Origin: Chiloscyllium plagiosum
Lineage: Eukaryota
Reading direction: 5' to 3'
DNA: 57,120 bases
Assembly: GCF_004010195.1 (NCBI RefSeq)
Contig: NC_057719.1
Location: 25,742,663 to 25,799,782 of the forward strand
Shown here: positions 36,940-50,530 of the stretch, piece after piece
Layout: each line of letters begins with the position of its first letter
Numbering within the stretch: position 1 is the stretch's first letter
Made by a program: the position numbers and the translations under genes
The notes under the pieces: model-generated
What the model was told of the DNA's origin: nothing
Database searches by the model: none
Seen by the model: only the letters and a program-made list of their open reading frames with translations

Positions 36940-39900
36940 AACTCTAGATGTTGCTCTGGTGTTCCCTGGCTTGCAGGGAATGAATGCTTGTCGGGTTACC
37001 ATGAATGGTGAGAGCACCTTTGGCCCCTTGAGGTAATGGCGGGGCATTCCTCCCTGCCTGCAACACCAGATCCAGTGTACTCTCATGCCTACATATGTAA
37101 TAAGATGAGGACTGTGCAATTGTGCAAGACAAGCCATGCACTCCAGTGAACTGACACTCAGTTCCATGCTCACTGCTTTCCAGAGTGGAAGATTCTCAAC
37201 GCCATTCCTGACCCGATCGTGGCTTTTCCTGAGTGCCCTCATCTCTTTATGGTTAAGAGTTCCAAAGACTAACAACACTCAGAGAAGAAATTCCTTCTCA
37301 TCTTCCTTTTCAAAGATTTCTCATTTTCAGCCACTAGTTCCAGCCTCCTGTATGAAGGGAAGTGTCTTTCCCCCCGACACTCTGTCAAGCTTCCTTGTAG
37401 TTAATCTCTCATTCCTCTAAACTCCAGTGAGTATGGGCCCAACCTGTTCAATATTTCTTCATAAGTCAATCTCTTTCTCCCCGGAAACAGCCTCAAAAGC
37501 CTTCTTTGAATTGCTTCCAATTTAAATAAGGAAATGAAAACTTAGATGTACACCCTTCAATGTTCTATACCATTGTTGAAATACTTCCTTACTGTTATAT
37601 TCCACTCTCTTGTATTAAAGGCTGTGTCAATGCGCCGGTGTATTATACACACCTTACACTCTTAGAAAGAAATAGTTCAGTTGCTTTGATATACAGGTGT
37701 ATTAATAATCTTTATTTAAAGATGCACCTTGCATTACATGTCAAATATTATTTAAGGATTCATAAATCAATATGCATTTGCTTGATAAAGGATTTTTTGT
37801 GGGTTGCTCTGGATACAACATAATGCCCCCATTCTGTTATACCCATCAATTATGGCAAGATAATACATTCAAATAGTTACATTTTATATATAATATAATC
37901 TCAGTTTATACACAGGAACTCACATCAAGTGGCATTCACAGTGTATTAGGTCACATTCATTCTACAATATTCTAAATACACTTTTGAATAAATATTTATT
38001 GCATGACTTTTACAATTTACACAAGATATTGCCATCTTTATAAGAGAATATATAGATTAAGATAGAAATCGAAAGTGTGAGGAGATGAAACTGGACAGTT
38101 TGAGATTAGTTCTAAACTGTACACAAGTCCAGAAAAAGCAACTAATCACAACTCACATCAACACATTGTGTTCCAGACCTGGAATCAGGCCTCTGCTCTT
38201 TATTTATTTTAGATCCTTTCAGATTAGCTCTGGAGTGAGATAAATGTAACAGAACTAAAAAAAGAGTCAGTATTTGAATAGCACCTCATCAAGCCCGAAA
38301 GTGCTTCACAGCCAGTAAATGGATTCATTCCTGTTGTGTCAGAAAATGAGCATACAGAAGATCACATAAACAGCAAATGAGATGAATAACTAATGACTTG
38401 TTCTGGTTGAAGGGTATTGTTAGCTGAGACAATTGCCTACTGCTCCAGAGTTTGCAGTTTGATCTTTAATTTAATGTAGCAAACTTTCCTGATCTTGCAA
38501 CTAGATGACAGGATCAGTGCCACAAATATAGAAAAACACAGCAAACTAACTGATGTTTTGATGTATCCAAGGAATCAATATATCCAACTGTTTAACCAGG
38601 AAAATCTACTCTAACTCCTAATCCAAAAAGACCTTCCTTACTAAGAGGCATTCCTTTAACACTGCATGAGAGTATCTACCAAGAGGGGTTTGAACTCAAC
38701 ATTTTGCTTAGAGACAACTGTGCCACCAACTGAACCAAACTGACCTTAACAGCTAGATACTGCTGAAATCCTTTTAATCAATAGGGAAACATTGCTTTCC
38801 AAACACTTAATGGCTGCAACATGTGCTGAAAGACTTGCATTTTCAAAGCTATACAATTGTGACTTTAAATGGTCACTGTCTTACAAAGAAGTATGTGACA
38901 ACCTTCATTATGTTTGAAAAACAGAGAACGCAGAAGGCACATGCATCACCTTCACCACATCATATGTTCCAAACTGGGGGCAATGCTTCCAAATGTTACA
39001 AAGTTGATGTCTTTGCAAAGTTCAATTTTATTTCAATGAAAATTCGTCAAATACAAGCATTTGTTGAGGCAAATAATCCCTGTAATTCCATAACAGTAGC
39101 AGCATCAATATGAGTCTGAACTCAACATCTGTTAATGGCCCGTCACTGGTAAAGATTATATAAAATTCTGATAAAAGTTACAATGCTTTAATGGTAGCCT
39201 TAAAAACTGTAAAGATCTAAAATATTAAACCAATCATGAGCATTAATATGGCATAATTATTTTGTGACAATGAGCAATTTTTCAACTTTAATCAAACTTT
39301 CAGCATCCCATTTCAAGAAACAAGAGTTGTTTAAAAGTTGTTTTTCACCCATCAAATCGTATTTAAAAAGAAATTGGAAGATGTGCATGATGAACAATTT
39401 TGCTTAAGCCAACACATTAATAACCAGATATTTCTTACATTTTGTATTTCAGAGTTAGCTCCTTTGAGACTATTCTAAAAGAGACTTTGGTTTAAAGAGA
39501 ATCATTGTACATATCAGTATTACTCCCCATTGGGAGAGGACTGTTTTGGGGATCTGGTTTCAGTCAATATGTTCTGAAGTATTTTAATAGTGCAGCATTT
39601 AGGAGTCAGGACAAAGCTCCTATCTTGGTGGTACTTTGAGCCAGTCTAAACAAGCTGTTGTGAACTGGGAGACAATTGGCTTTTTGTCGCTCCTGAAGGA
39701 TAAGATACTGCTTGATTAAAATTTTACTATGAAACAATCCAGAGTTTACCATGAGGAAAAGGATCATTTATGGTTCATAATGAATGGGAGAAGCTGCAAC
39801 CCAATTTTTGTAGGTGATTAGAATGAGTGTTGAATGAGGAATTCAGTGTTAATATATTCTGTGCAAGAAGGATAAACTCCACTGCTGTGACTGAGAGACT

Positions 39901-41689
39901 CAAAGCAGGAGAACAGTGGTTTCATCATTGATATCCACGATAAATACATATGTGAGATTTACAAAATAATCTACTAATTTCATTTTACTTTAGTTGATTT
40001 TTAATGAAAAATTTAGATTAATTCGTGTTATATTCAGTATTTTTAACAAACACCAGAGTTTTGTAGGCTTTACATGGATGACAATGAAATCTAAATAAGA
40101 CAATACATAATGTACAGTAAATGAAAAAAAATTAAAGATGTTTGAAATTCAAAACAATAACAAAATGTTCTGGAGACACTCAGCAGGCCATAGAGCATCT
40201 CTCAAGAGAACACAAGTGATATGACCCTTTCTCATTACATAACATCGTGAGCAAAATTGGCTTTGGAAACTCCAGCAACAGTGCAGAATACATGAATTCT
40301 TTAAAAAAACCTAATAAAATATCCAGTGTCCTTATATAACAAGCTTTTAATAAACTCTCCTTTTACTGAACTTACTCAAAATATCAAACAACAAATAGAG
40401 TAAGAGCACATGCCAGAAAAATACTATTTCTCTTTCCACACCTGATCCCATTTCAACAATATAGTCATCAGCTCTTTTATCATAGGACCTTAAATATAAT
40501 CCTTTTTAATTATAAAACTTCACATTTTGAAAATCCCATAATATAACCTTGAATCTTCATTTATGGAGGGAAGACCTCCATTTATTTCATCTTCATTACA
40601 TTGAAATGTTATCTCCACACTGCTCACTCGAGCCATCACTGATTTCGACAGTGATGCCCACAGTGGTGTGAGCTTGAAAAATCAATTCAGGTAGCTTAAA
40701 TACTACAATGCAAAACTAATTAAGACAATCTGTTATATTTATGTAAAAAGGTGCCACTCACAGTTTACATAATCACACTCACTCAACCAACTAATCTTAG
40801 CTGTGCTATTGATTTCCTGAATTTTCTTTGTGCGTTTTCCTTTTGTTGTTAAAACCCAGTTAGCTGACTACAGTATCTGAGGGAAGCAGATCTGCTTCCT
40901 CCACCTGGTATGCTTGGTATACTGGCTCCAGTTCTATGTGGTTCATTCTTCATTTGTCAAGAACATCAAGGGTTGGGCAATAAATACTGATTTACCAGGG
41001 CCACCCATATCCCAAAAAACAAATAATTAGAAATAAACTTTGCTGATTTTAGAATGATGTTTTCAATGAATTTCCTAAATGTTTGTGGAATCTATTGCAC
41101 AATGATTATAGGGTAAGGGTGTATCCATGTTGGATTAATCATATAGTGAATGTACATAGAATGTACTTGATCAACCAATTTCACATTGCAGACTTTTAAT
41201 TTGGTTGCAGGGTTCATGTTAGAGCGATACCACAACTAAAAAAAAGTGTTATTTTGGTCTGGGTTTATTCACGTTAGGGAGGGTAATTGGTTTCTATACA
41301 AATGGTTTACTTTCTCTTGTTGGGACAGAGCACATCCTGTAGGTTAAGATATAGTGTCACCTGCTGTGTCTACCTGACTGTAACTGATTGTGTGGGCCCA
41401 CATTCTCTTCTTGTGGAATTATTTGGATGTTGAAGGGCAGATTGAAGAATGAGCTCACAAGAATAAATCCCGAGAGCATTTTGGGCATTATTTAAACTCA
41501 AATTGATTATATTCCCCTCCCCAGTCAGTTGTGTGGTCCCAACAAATAGCCATTTTTACCAATCTCGACTGTAATGTGCATGCGAGCCATTGGATGATCC
41601 TTCCTTCAATTTTTTCTTGCTCATTATAGGGAACTAGGAAGCATGCACTACCTCACTATAATATCACTGTTGTGATCAGGTATTTGTCA

Positions 41690-42335
41690 AGTCAGCAATA
41701 TGCTTTCTTTTATTGATCAGAGTATTGAGTACAGGAGTTGGGTCGTCATGTTGTGGCTGTACAGGATATTGGTTAGGACACTGTTGGAATATTGTCCACA
41801 ATTCTGGTCTCCTTCCTATCGGAAAGATGTTGTGAAACTTGAAAGGTTTCAGAAAAGATTTACAAGGATGTTGCCAGGGTTGGAGGATTTGAACTACAGG
41901 GAGAAACTGAACAGGCTGGGGCTGTTTTCCCTGGAGCGTCGGAGGCTGAGGGGTGACCTTATAGAGGTTTACAAAATTATGAGGGGCATGGATAGGATAA
42001 ATAGACAAAGTCTTTTCCCTGGGGTGGGGGAGTCCAGAACTAGAGGGCATAGGTTTAGGGTGAGAGGGAAAAGATATAAAAGGGACCTAAGGGGCAACTT
42101 TTTCATGCAGAGGGTGGTATGAGTATGGAATGAGCTGCCAGAGGAAGTGGTGGAAGCTGGTACAATTGCAACATTTAAGAGGCATTTGGATGGGTATATG
42201 AATAGGAAAGGTTTGGAGGGATATGGACCGGGTGCTGGCAGGTGGGAGCAGATTGCGTTGGGATATCCGGTCAGCATGGACGGGTTGAACCGAAGGGTCT
42301 GTTTCCACGCTGTACATCTCTATGACTCTGATTCA
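41690..42335 (+). mobile_element. CR1 3' fragment
   Basis: Same subfamily as 30430-31010. Confidence 0.88.
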
Positions 42336-42539
42336 ATCACAAGACCGCAAACCATATCTTACAATCCCATGTCAGCATGCTGCCTTGTAGTTACCCATTT
42401 CAATGTACATTATGTCAATAAATCACAAGATTGTTCCCTATCTCAACAATTCATTATCAGGCATTGATCTCAAGCTGTAACATGGAAACATCCAGCTCAT
42501 CAACCCACTGATGACTGATGTCAGCATTTTTACAAAGCA

Positions 42540-43930
42540 GCACAAAATGTTGAAATGGAAACAGAAAATGCTGGAAATACACAGCAGCATCTGTTAGCAT
42601 TTGAGAAAAAGGAAGAAGAGTTAATGTTCCAGGTCAAAACCTTTTTTTCGTTAGAAAAGCACGGTGTATGGAATGAGCTGTCAGAGGAAGTGGTGGAGGC
42701 TGGTACAATTACAGCATTTGAAAGGCATGTGGATGGGTATATGAATAGGAAGGGTTGAGAGGGATATGGGCTAAATGCTGGCAAACGGGACTAGATTAAT
42801 TTAGGATATCTGGTCGGCATGGACCGAAGGATTTGTTTCCGTGCTATATGTCTCTATGACTCTAAATTAAAACATTAGAACTGTCATAGGTCAATTAGCA
42901 AGTAAAAGGAGAGATGGTGAGAAAAAGACCATAAGGGAAAAGTCTATGACAGGGTGAAGAGATAAAAGGGTTCAGGTGCAAGGTCACAGTGAGTGGCAAT
43001 AGGACCAGTGCAAGAGCAAAAGGTGTGTTTGAATGTGTGTTAATGGCAGGATGTTGAATAGTGGCAAAAAAGGAAAGAAAAAGAACATGAAAGAGAAACA
43101 GAATCAGAAAGGAAAAAAGGAAACAAAATTATATATATGGTACAATATGAAACCGTTGAACTCTTCAAGTCCTGTAGTCAGTAAAGGGTGCAGATGAAAA
43201 ATGAAATGATTTTCCTTATACCAGCTAATTGGAGCTAGTAAAGGACAGAAAAGTAACAGGAGGGGAATCAAAATGCTAGGTTAGCAGGGTGATAGGTATT
43301 TGACTGAGCAAAAAAGCAAAATGGCTACCCAGTAGGCATTTCTTTTCCCCAGTGTAGAGGAAATTTCATTGAGAGCAGACAATACCATATACTAAATTGA
43401 AAAAAAATGTATAAATCATTGCTTCACCTGGAAGGAGCATTTGGGTCCACGAGGATGTGAGGGAGAGCAGGTATTCCATTTCCTGTGCCCTGCAAAGGAG
43501 AGGAGGTGTGGAGAGGTGATTGAGAGTCAGAGTATCACAAAGGCCACAGCCCTGTCAGAATGCTGAAAGTGGAGGAAGGGAAAGATGTGTTTTGTGGAGG
43601 CATTACAATGTGAACGTGGCAGAAATGTCCATTGAATATAAAAATTTGTGGCGTAGAAGGTAAGGTCAGGGGGAGCACTATCGTGGGTCTGAGATGGAGG
43701 ATGAAAGTGTGAGAACAGAAATAGATGAAATGGAACAAATGCAGTTGAGGACCCTGTTGACTATGATCATGCAGTATCTTCAGTTAAAGAAAGAGAAAAA
43801 CACATTAGAAATGATAATATGTAGGTTATAGTATCCGAACAGATGGAGAAATGGGGGAAATTGAATATGTAGTCTTTACAGAAAGCAGGCTGCAAGGAAG
43901 TGTCATCAAAGTAATTGTGGGAGTTGATGT
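42540..43930 (-). mobile_element. Old Neptune-type PLE fragment, family D, interrupted by a CR1 tail (about 42660-42865)
   Basis: Terminus cagaaaatgctggaaatacacagcag. Decayed similarity to the 16080-17592 arm (tatactaaattgaa, tcacctggaagga). Related termini occur near 40150-40230 and 45185-45280. Confidence 0.55.
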
Positions 43931-44227
43931 GCTCTTAAGGTGTGAAGTATATGAGATATTGGATTCCCGCTCTGCCAGTTAAAGGTTGGAGGTTGTGGGG
44001 AAATGATGAGTGGAACACCAGTTGCCTCACAGCCATTTAATGGTCAAGTGACCATTAGCAATAAGTTAGAGGTGGGATTGATAACTGTCAGAAATAGGAA
44101 GGCCCAGCTCAGAGAGTTGTCAGCCAATCACCAGCCTGATTAGGATTTGAATCATTGTTTGGGTAGGGGATTTGATGCTTGCCAGTTTGGCAGGACAAGT
44201 GAAAGGGGCAGGGGTATGGGGTTTTAG

Positions 44228-44478
44228 AGGCAAGCCATTCCTCCCATCAAGTCCACAGCAACCCTCTGAACAGCATTGCACCCAGATCCACTCCCTCTCC
44301 TAAGCCTATAATCAGCATTTCCCATGACCAATTCACCTAACCTGCACATCTTTGGACTGTGGGAGGAAACCAGAGCACCCGGACATGGGGAGGATGTGCA
44401 AACTCCATATAGACCGTCGCCTGTGGTTGGGATGAAACCTGGATCCCTGGTGCTATGAGGCAGCAGTGCTAACCACTG
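44228..44478 (-). mobile_element. V-SINE copy
   Basis: Reverse-complement V core and head. Confidence 0.75.
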
Positions 44479-46612
44479 GTGATGGTGGATGAGGGGGTGT
44501 GGTTCTGGGGGAAGACATCCTAGAAGGGAAGGAAGGAACTTCTGATTGGTTCAGGGGGCCTAGTAAGAATGGTTCCGCATCTCATTGACCCTTCACACCA
44601 ATAGACTGAGCAAGGTTATCTGCTGGGCTGGGGACATATGATGGACGTTTCTGCCACCAGTTCAATTCTGAGGGCAGAAAGATAAGGCTGATAAGTGGAC
44701 GTCAATTGCCCACTCCGGGGTCTTATTTGCCTTACTGGCAGGCAGTTGCCCCAGTGCTCCCCACTTATATATTTGCACTGTGGCAGGTATGAGTGGGCAG
44801 ACAGTAGTCAGGCCACTTGCTGGGCTTAATTACCTCCCACTGCCATCAAATCACTACAGTGTCCAGCCCAGTGAATGTTCATCAATGGCCATTCCCAGAC
44901 ATGCAGACCAGAAGCATATATTACAGAAGAGAGGAATTGGTGATGGATTATGAGAAGGTGGGCAAAGGATGGAAATCGTATGCAAAGTCAGTTCAATTAT
45001 TCAGTTGAGGGCAAAGAAATATCACTGATACAGTGATATTTGGAAATAGTTTTGAAAAACGCCAGGCTGGAACAAAGGATGATCTGCATGTTTCAAAGGT
45101 GAGTTAGCCAGGACCTTGTGTGCATCCATAGCAACAGCTTTTATTCGCAGGACTTTAGTGGGCCAATTTAAAACTATTTCCAATTGCAAAGAAAGGTCAC
45201 AGACCCGAAATGTTAACTCTGTTTCACTCTCCATTGATGCTGCTTGATCTGCTGACCCTTTTTCTAGCATTTTCTGATAATGCCTCAGATTTCCACATTC
45301 ATAACATTTCACAGGAAGTGGAAAACTGAACATCAGTTTCCCTGGGGAATTTTCTTTGCTGAAGGCACCAACGCGTGCTGGGATCAGTACATGGCTGTGA
45401 GAAGTTCTCCAGACTTGGATCATAGTCTGGTCTGACTTCAGGCAGTAAGACTGTGGAGCTCACTATGAGAAGATGTCAGAGCTGGGGTGGAAACAAGGAC
45501 ACCCTTCACAGTAAGGATTGCTGCACAGTAATTGACAGAGGGCAATCCTGAATAATTTATTTACTCCTTCAGAGTTGACAAATAAAACAGTAATTTGGCT
45601 GCCTCATTCGAGATCAACAAAGGACCTAGGAATCAATTATCTGGGTCCATACCAGAGTTTGCAATCCACTTACCTATTAATCATTGGGAACATTACAATT
45701 ATTATGGTAATCCCAATTATTCTAACATTGTTATTGCAGCATTTTTTTAACTTGCTTAAAATAGCAGGTTGATAACAATTAAGTCTATCATCTGAAGATG
45801 TCCTTTCAGACTGAGAACCTTTGTGACCGTACAAAGTGAAATGCTCATTTATAACACCAGAACTGTGCAGTTTTCTCTGCATCATGCTGTGTGCAGTCTT
45901 TGTTCATTCCTGGGCTTGTAACAAAACCCAGAAGGTGAAACTACAGTTTAACAATCCATGGAGCTCTCAAACAGGAAGAAATCATAAAGACCGAATCAGT
46001 AAAACTACAAATTGAAATGTTTTAATTGGCGTCTCAATGTGCAAACATTCAGTTTTTGCGCATAGCATTTTTATTGCCATGGTACCATTAAAATGGTGTC
46101 GAAGATGTGAAAGCTAAGTTGCATTCACAATAAAACAGGATTGGATTATGTGCGAAACACACCCACCATTCCCCCTCCCCCCCTCCACTAACCAGAATCC
46201 CTTTAAAAGAAGAATGTGTGTGCATTTGCAGATAGTAGACAATAAGCTCAATTCAAACTGGTCACAGTAGGACAAAATATGACACTTTGGCCTCTATCTT
46301 CACCACGACAGAGACTCCCTTGTGTTGAAAATGTGGATGCACTCAAACATTTCAGGTCCTGCCCTCCAAACATGACACATCCCTTTTTCAAGGAGAGCGG
46401 GAGAAGGTCACGTTTGCACTCACACATGCATGGAGGCAACTGGCCACGTCAATCATCAGTTGCCTCCACTTCTGTGTGACTTTACAGATTAGGCCTGATT
46501 TGAGCAATTCTATGAGGAGAAAGTGAGGTCTGCAGATGCTGGAGATCAGAGCTGGAAATGTGTTGCTGGAAAAGCGCAGCAGGTCAGGCAGCGTCCAGGG
46601 AACAGGAGAATC

Positions 46613-46640
46613 GACGTTTCGGGCATAAGCCCTTCTTCAG
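46613..46640 (-). ncRNA. Minimal hammerhead ribozyme motif, intact core, antisense arm
   Basis: Exact reverse complement of 46668-46695. Confidence 0.8.
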
Positions 46641-46667
46641 GAATGGGGAAAGTTGCTTTCCCCATTC

Positions 46668-46695
46668 CTGAAGAAGGGCTTATGCCCGAAACGTC
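46668..46695 (+). ncRNA. Minimal type I hammerhead ribozyme motif, intact core
   Basis: CTGAAGA-a-GGGC(ttat)GCCC-GAAA-C-GTC, with palindromic stem III ACGT and cleavage triplet GUC. Confidence 0.8.
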
Positions 46696-47038
46696 GATTC
46701 TCCTGTTCCCTGGATGCTGCCTGACCTGCTGCGCTTTTCCAGCAACACATTTTGAGCAACTCTATGCATCACAGGAACATGAGCAGGTTGTTCAGCCCTT
46801 TGAGCCTGCCCAGCCATTCAGTATGATCAACATTTCCTTCATTCACCCCATCCCCATAATCCTATACACCGCTGGTAATCAGAAATCTATCAATTTCTAT
46901 CTTAAACATACTCAAAAACAGATACTCCATAGTCCTCTGCTGTAGAGAATTCTAAAGGTTTACAGCCTTCTATTTAAGAAAAAAATCTCATCATAGACCT
47001 GAGTGACACATCCTATCTCAGGTATACTTTTGAAAGGG

Positions 47039-47850
47039 TCGAAAAGTGTAGCGCTGGAAAAGCACAGCAGGTCAGGCAGCATTCGAAGAGCAAGGCAGTC
47101 GACTGATGAAGGGCTTATGCCTGAAATGTCGACTCTCCTGCTCCTTGGATGCTGCCTAACCTGCTGTGCTTTTCGACTATGATCTCCAGCATCTGCAGTC
47201 CTCACTTACTACTAATTATTTTGAAAAGGCATCTACCCTTTCGGAAATGTCCTAGAAAGGGTAGATGTCCTTTTTTGGAGGTAAGGTGACCGCTAGAGGA
47301 AGTTAAGTGACATTTGGAGAAGGTAAGGTGCCATTTCGAATTGTTAAATGTAGGCATGAATTTCCATAAAAGGTGCATAATCTAATTAGAACTGTTCAAA
47401 TCAATTGTAAAGATGTGTTAAAAGTGGCAAGAGTACCTATCAAAAAGATCTCTCAAAATGTCAAGAGGAGAAGACCTGTCAAAATCAACTTTCAAAGGAA
47501 GTTTTCAAGCTGTCAAAGCAATTAGACTTTGAAAAATGATCTGGAGTCTTTAAAGAACATTACTTGTTATTTAAGTCTCAAAGAGTGCGGTGCTGGTAAA
47601 GCACAGCTGGTCAGGTAGCATCGGAGGAGCAGGAAAGTTAACATATCGAGCATAAGCCCTTCATCAAGAATGGGGTGTTGCCCAAGGGGGCTGAGAGATA
47701 AATGGGAGGGGGTGGGGCTGGGGGAAAGGTAGCTGGAAATGCTTTAGGTACATGAAGGTGGGCGTGAAGGTGAAAGGTCAGAGAGGAGGGTAGAGCAGAT
47801 AGGTGGGAAGGAAGATGGACAGGTAAGACAGTCTGTTGACAAATACCCAT
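47039..47850. mobile_element. Two further family A insertions (about 47039-47218 and 47579-47850)
   Basis: Shared gctggaaaagcacagcaggtcaggcagcat terminus and hammerhead remnants. Other copies lie at about 12572-12692, 16628-16702, 25415-25478, 26360-26490 and 55735-55872. Confidence 0.7.
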
Positions 47851-48782
47851 TTAAGCCTGTTGACATAAGCTTGAGGACTTCAAATAAAGTATTACTGCTG
47901 CATTAGTGATTTCATAACCATCCATTATGACAGTAGGTTGTCTACCACTTCATAGTGCATTGACAACTAAAAGTGGTTATCAAAGCTTTAAATTAATTCC
48001 AATATTCCCAAGGGATTGAGCACTTTAATGAAATGCTTGTTCTCTTAAGATGTTATAGCATTGAGAGAATGTGAATGGATTTTCATAAAAGATAGTGTTT
48101 CTCTCAATATAGTGAAGACTACAATATGAACTTAGAATTTTATTTTATCTCATTCAAGATGAATTCTGAGATTTGTACATGATGGATACCAGATGGATTG
48201 ACATAATAGGTGTATGGTAGTGGAAGAGGAACAGGAGTTGGCACCAAGTTATCATGGAGGTTGTAAAGAGTAAGAGGGGTGACTTGATAGAGGTTTATAA
48301 GATGATCAGGGAAATAGATAGAGTAGACAGTCAGAGACTTTTTCCCCGGGTACAACAGAGTGTTACAAGGGGACATCAATTTAAGGACACAACATTGTGG
48401 GCTGAAGGGTCTGTTCTGTGCTGTATTGTTCTATGTTCTAGTAATTGAGATGATTGTAGGGACAAAGACTGGCAGGCCAGGTATGGGTGCAATGGTGGTA
48501 GTACAAGTGGTGTGTGATCGCATAGTGCATGCTTGAGGGAAGGAGTGAGAGGGTGTGAGGGCTGGGGAGTGTTTTATGTTTCTTTCAAGTCTCAAACTTC
48601 AATTCAGTGTCATTGCACAATGTCAGGTCTTCCATGCAGCCCTCCTCTGAACCAGGCAGCCTCCAATCTCGCTCCAGGGTCGCCCAGCCTGAATTCTAAC
48701 ATAGTCCGCTTAACAGACTAAAGTGGTATGGGCAGCCATTTCTTTACAAAAAGTCTCCTGAATTGTGGAAGAATATCCATGC

Positions 48783-49105
48783 TGGGAGAGTCCAGAACTA
48801 GAGGGCATAGGTTTAGGGTGAGAGGGGAAAGATATAAAAGAGACCTAAGAGGCAACTTTTTCACTCAGAGGGTGGTACGTGTATGGAGTGAACTGCTAGA
48901 GAAAGTGGTGGAGGCTGGTACAATTGCAACATTTAAAAGGCATCTGGACAGGTATATGAATAGGAGGTATATGAATAGGAAGGGTTTGGAGAGATATGGG
49001 CCAGGTGCTGGCAGGTAGGACTAGATTGGGTTGGGATAGCTGGTTGACATGGACAAGTTGGACCGAAGGGTCTGTTTCCATGCTGTACATCCCTATGACT
49101 CTATC
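48783..49105 (+). mobile_element. CR1 3' fragment
   Basis: ESRTRGHRFRVRG...QRVVRVW. A further CR1 piece lies at about 48270-48440. Confidence 0.85.
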
Positions 49106-49109
49106 TCTT

Positions 49110-50530
49110 GCTCATGTCAGAAGCATGCAGAATAGCTCAGCAGTAACTTAGTCACTGACAGGGAAGTTATCTCCAGATATTCCTTTCTGTGTAATACATA
49201 GTTCCATGGAGTGAACAATTAAGTCTGAACGTATGTTTAAATATGTCTGCTCATTAGTCATTTTCCAAGATTGGCATTTAGTTCAAAGCTTACTGAAAGC
49301 AAAATGCAGATTTGCCAGAGATTTTTTTAAAAAAGCCATTGCCAGTCTTACATTTAAAAAATGTAAATTTATGCTCAAAGTTCATAATAGAAACAAAAAC
49401 ATCTGTTAAAAGATGTTTTTAACGATGTTACTAAACACCATATAACTAAATCCTGTTGCTCTTATCCGCAAAAAAGATTCATCTGCTCGTTGCCCATTGC
49501 CTTTCATTTAGAAAGCAACCAATAAATGTGAAAATATACAAATTAAAGGGTTAACATCCCTTTTCTTTAGTTTTCCAAGGCTGTAATGAAAGACCTGTTA
49601 AAAATATCAAACAGTTCTATTCAGATTCTTGTTATGTATGGCAGTGAGGGAAACATACAGAAGGACTATTTATATTGCCAAAATATCGCAAAATTGATGT
49701 AAGATCTATATTGCACTTTACAATTCAGTCCAAGAATAAATTCATCCATGTCCATCGCAACTGGAACAAATGAATTAAATGTTTAAAAATGTGTACACAA
49801 AGTTCTTCTTTTGATAAAAGGAACTCTGTCTTTAGTATGTTCTTTCTATATATGTATATGTATATATAACATAATATCAAAATACATATGAATCAAAATT
49901 CAAACTTAAAATCAGGATATATACTTTGTTATTAAAATTTACAAGAATGTTTGCATCTTCTTTCATTATTGGATTACTATCACCAAATATACAAATAATC
50001 TTGTTCAAGTCCATACAATTCCAATATATACTCTTTAAGTTACCGAACAGAGACAATTTGCCACTCTTGTATTGTGGCCTAATAAAAATTAGGTCAGAAA
50101 GGTCTGCCTAATAAATTCTTCCCACACAAAACATATGTGGTGAAGTCCCTTGAAAAATAAAGTGATTTGTAGCACTCTTGCTGTTTAATAAATACATTAT
50201 AATTTTGTGCTTGTGTGCACAAGCAGGAGGCTATAAAATTAACAGGAAATCCAGATGAAATTCTCCCCTCAGGATGTGGTAGATAAGTCAATAATTTACA
50301 AGTGTATTTCATTAAAGCTCCATGTGAGGGAGCCAGAACTCCTTATTGGACTTCAATACACAGCAATCAGTCAGCAGGCTTTTTTTTCAAATATTAGCTT
50401 TGGCTCTGTGGCAAAAGCTCATTTACCTTCCAAAATAGTCACAAATCATTCTTTATGCATGAAAGAAGGAAATGCAAGAACAGCCACAGAAAAATTCTGT
50501 TCGATGATCTCCGGTTGCTGTCCAATCTGC
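49110..50530 (-). other. SLC24A4: Proximal SLC24A4 3' UTR (distal end unknown)
   Basis: AT-rich sequence without recognisable TEs directly after the stop codon. Confidence 0.6.

Larger units (their letters stand above)
46515..46750. mobile_element. Short palindromic PLE-terminus insertion, family A
   Basis: 97-nt inverted arms (46556-46652 and 46656-46752, one mismatch, 3-nt loop). 16-bp TSD tttgagcaa(t/c)tctatg at 46499 and 46751. Confidence 0.88.

Noticed and set aside
46515..46750. Classification as a DNA-transposon MITE
   Set aside because: The arms are asymmetric at the ends, TSD length varies between copies, and equivalent termini are attached to GIY-YIG PLE bodies in this window.
46523..46945. 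Recurring small ORFs of the type MRTADAGDQS...KAQQVRQHPRSRR as a gene family
   Set aside because: They are translations of the non-coding PLE terminal repeat, with frames that vary between copies.
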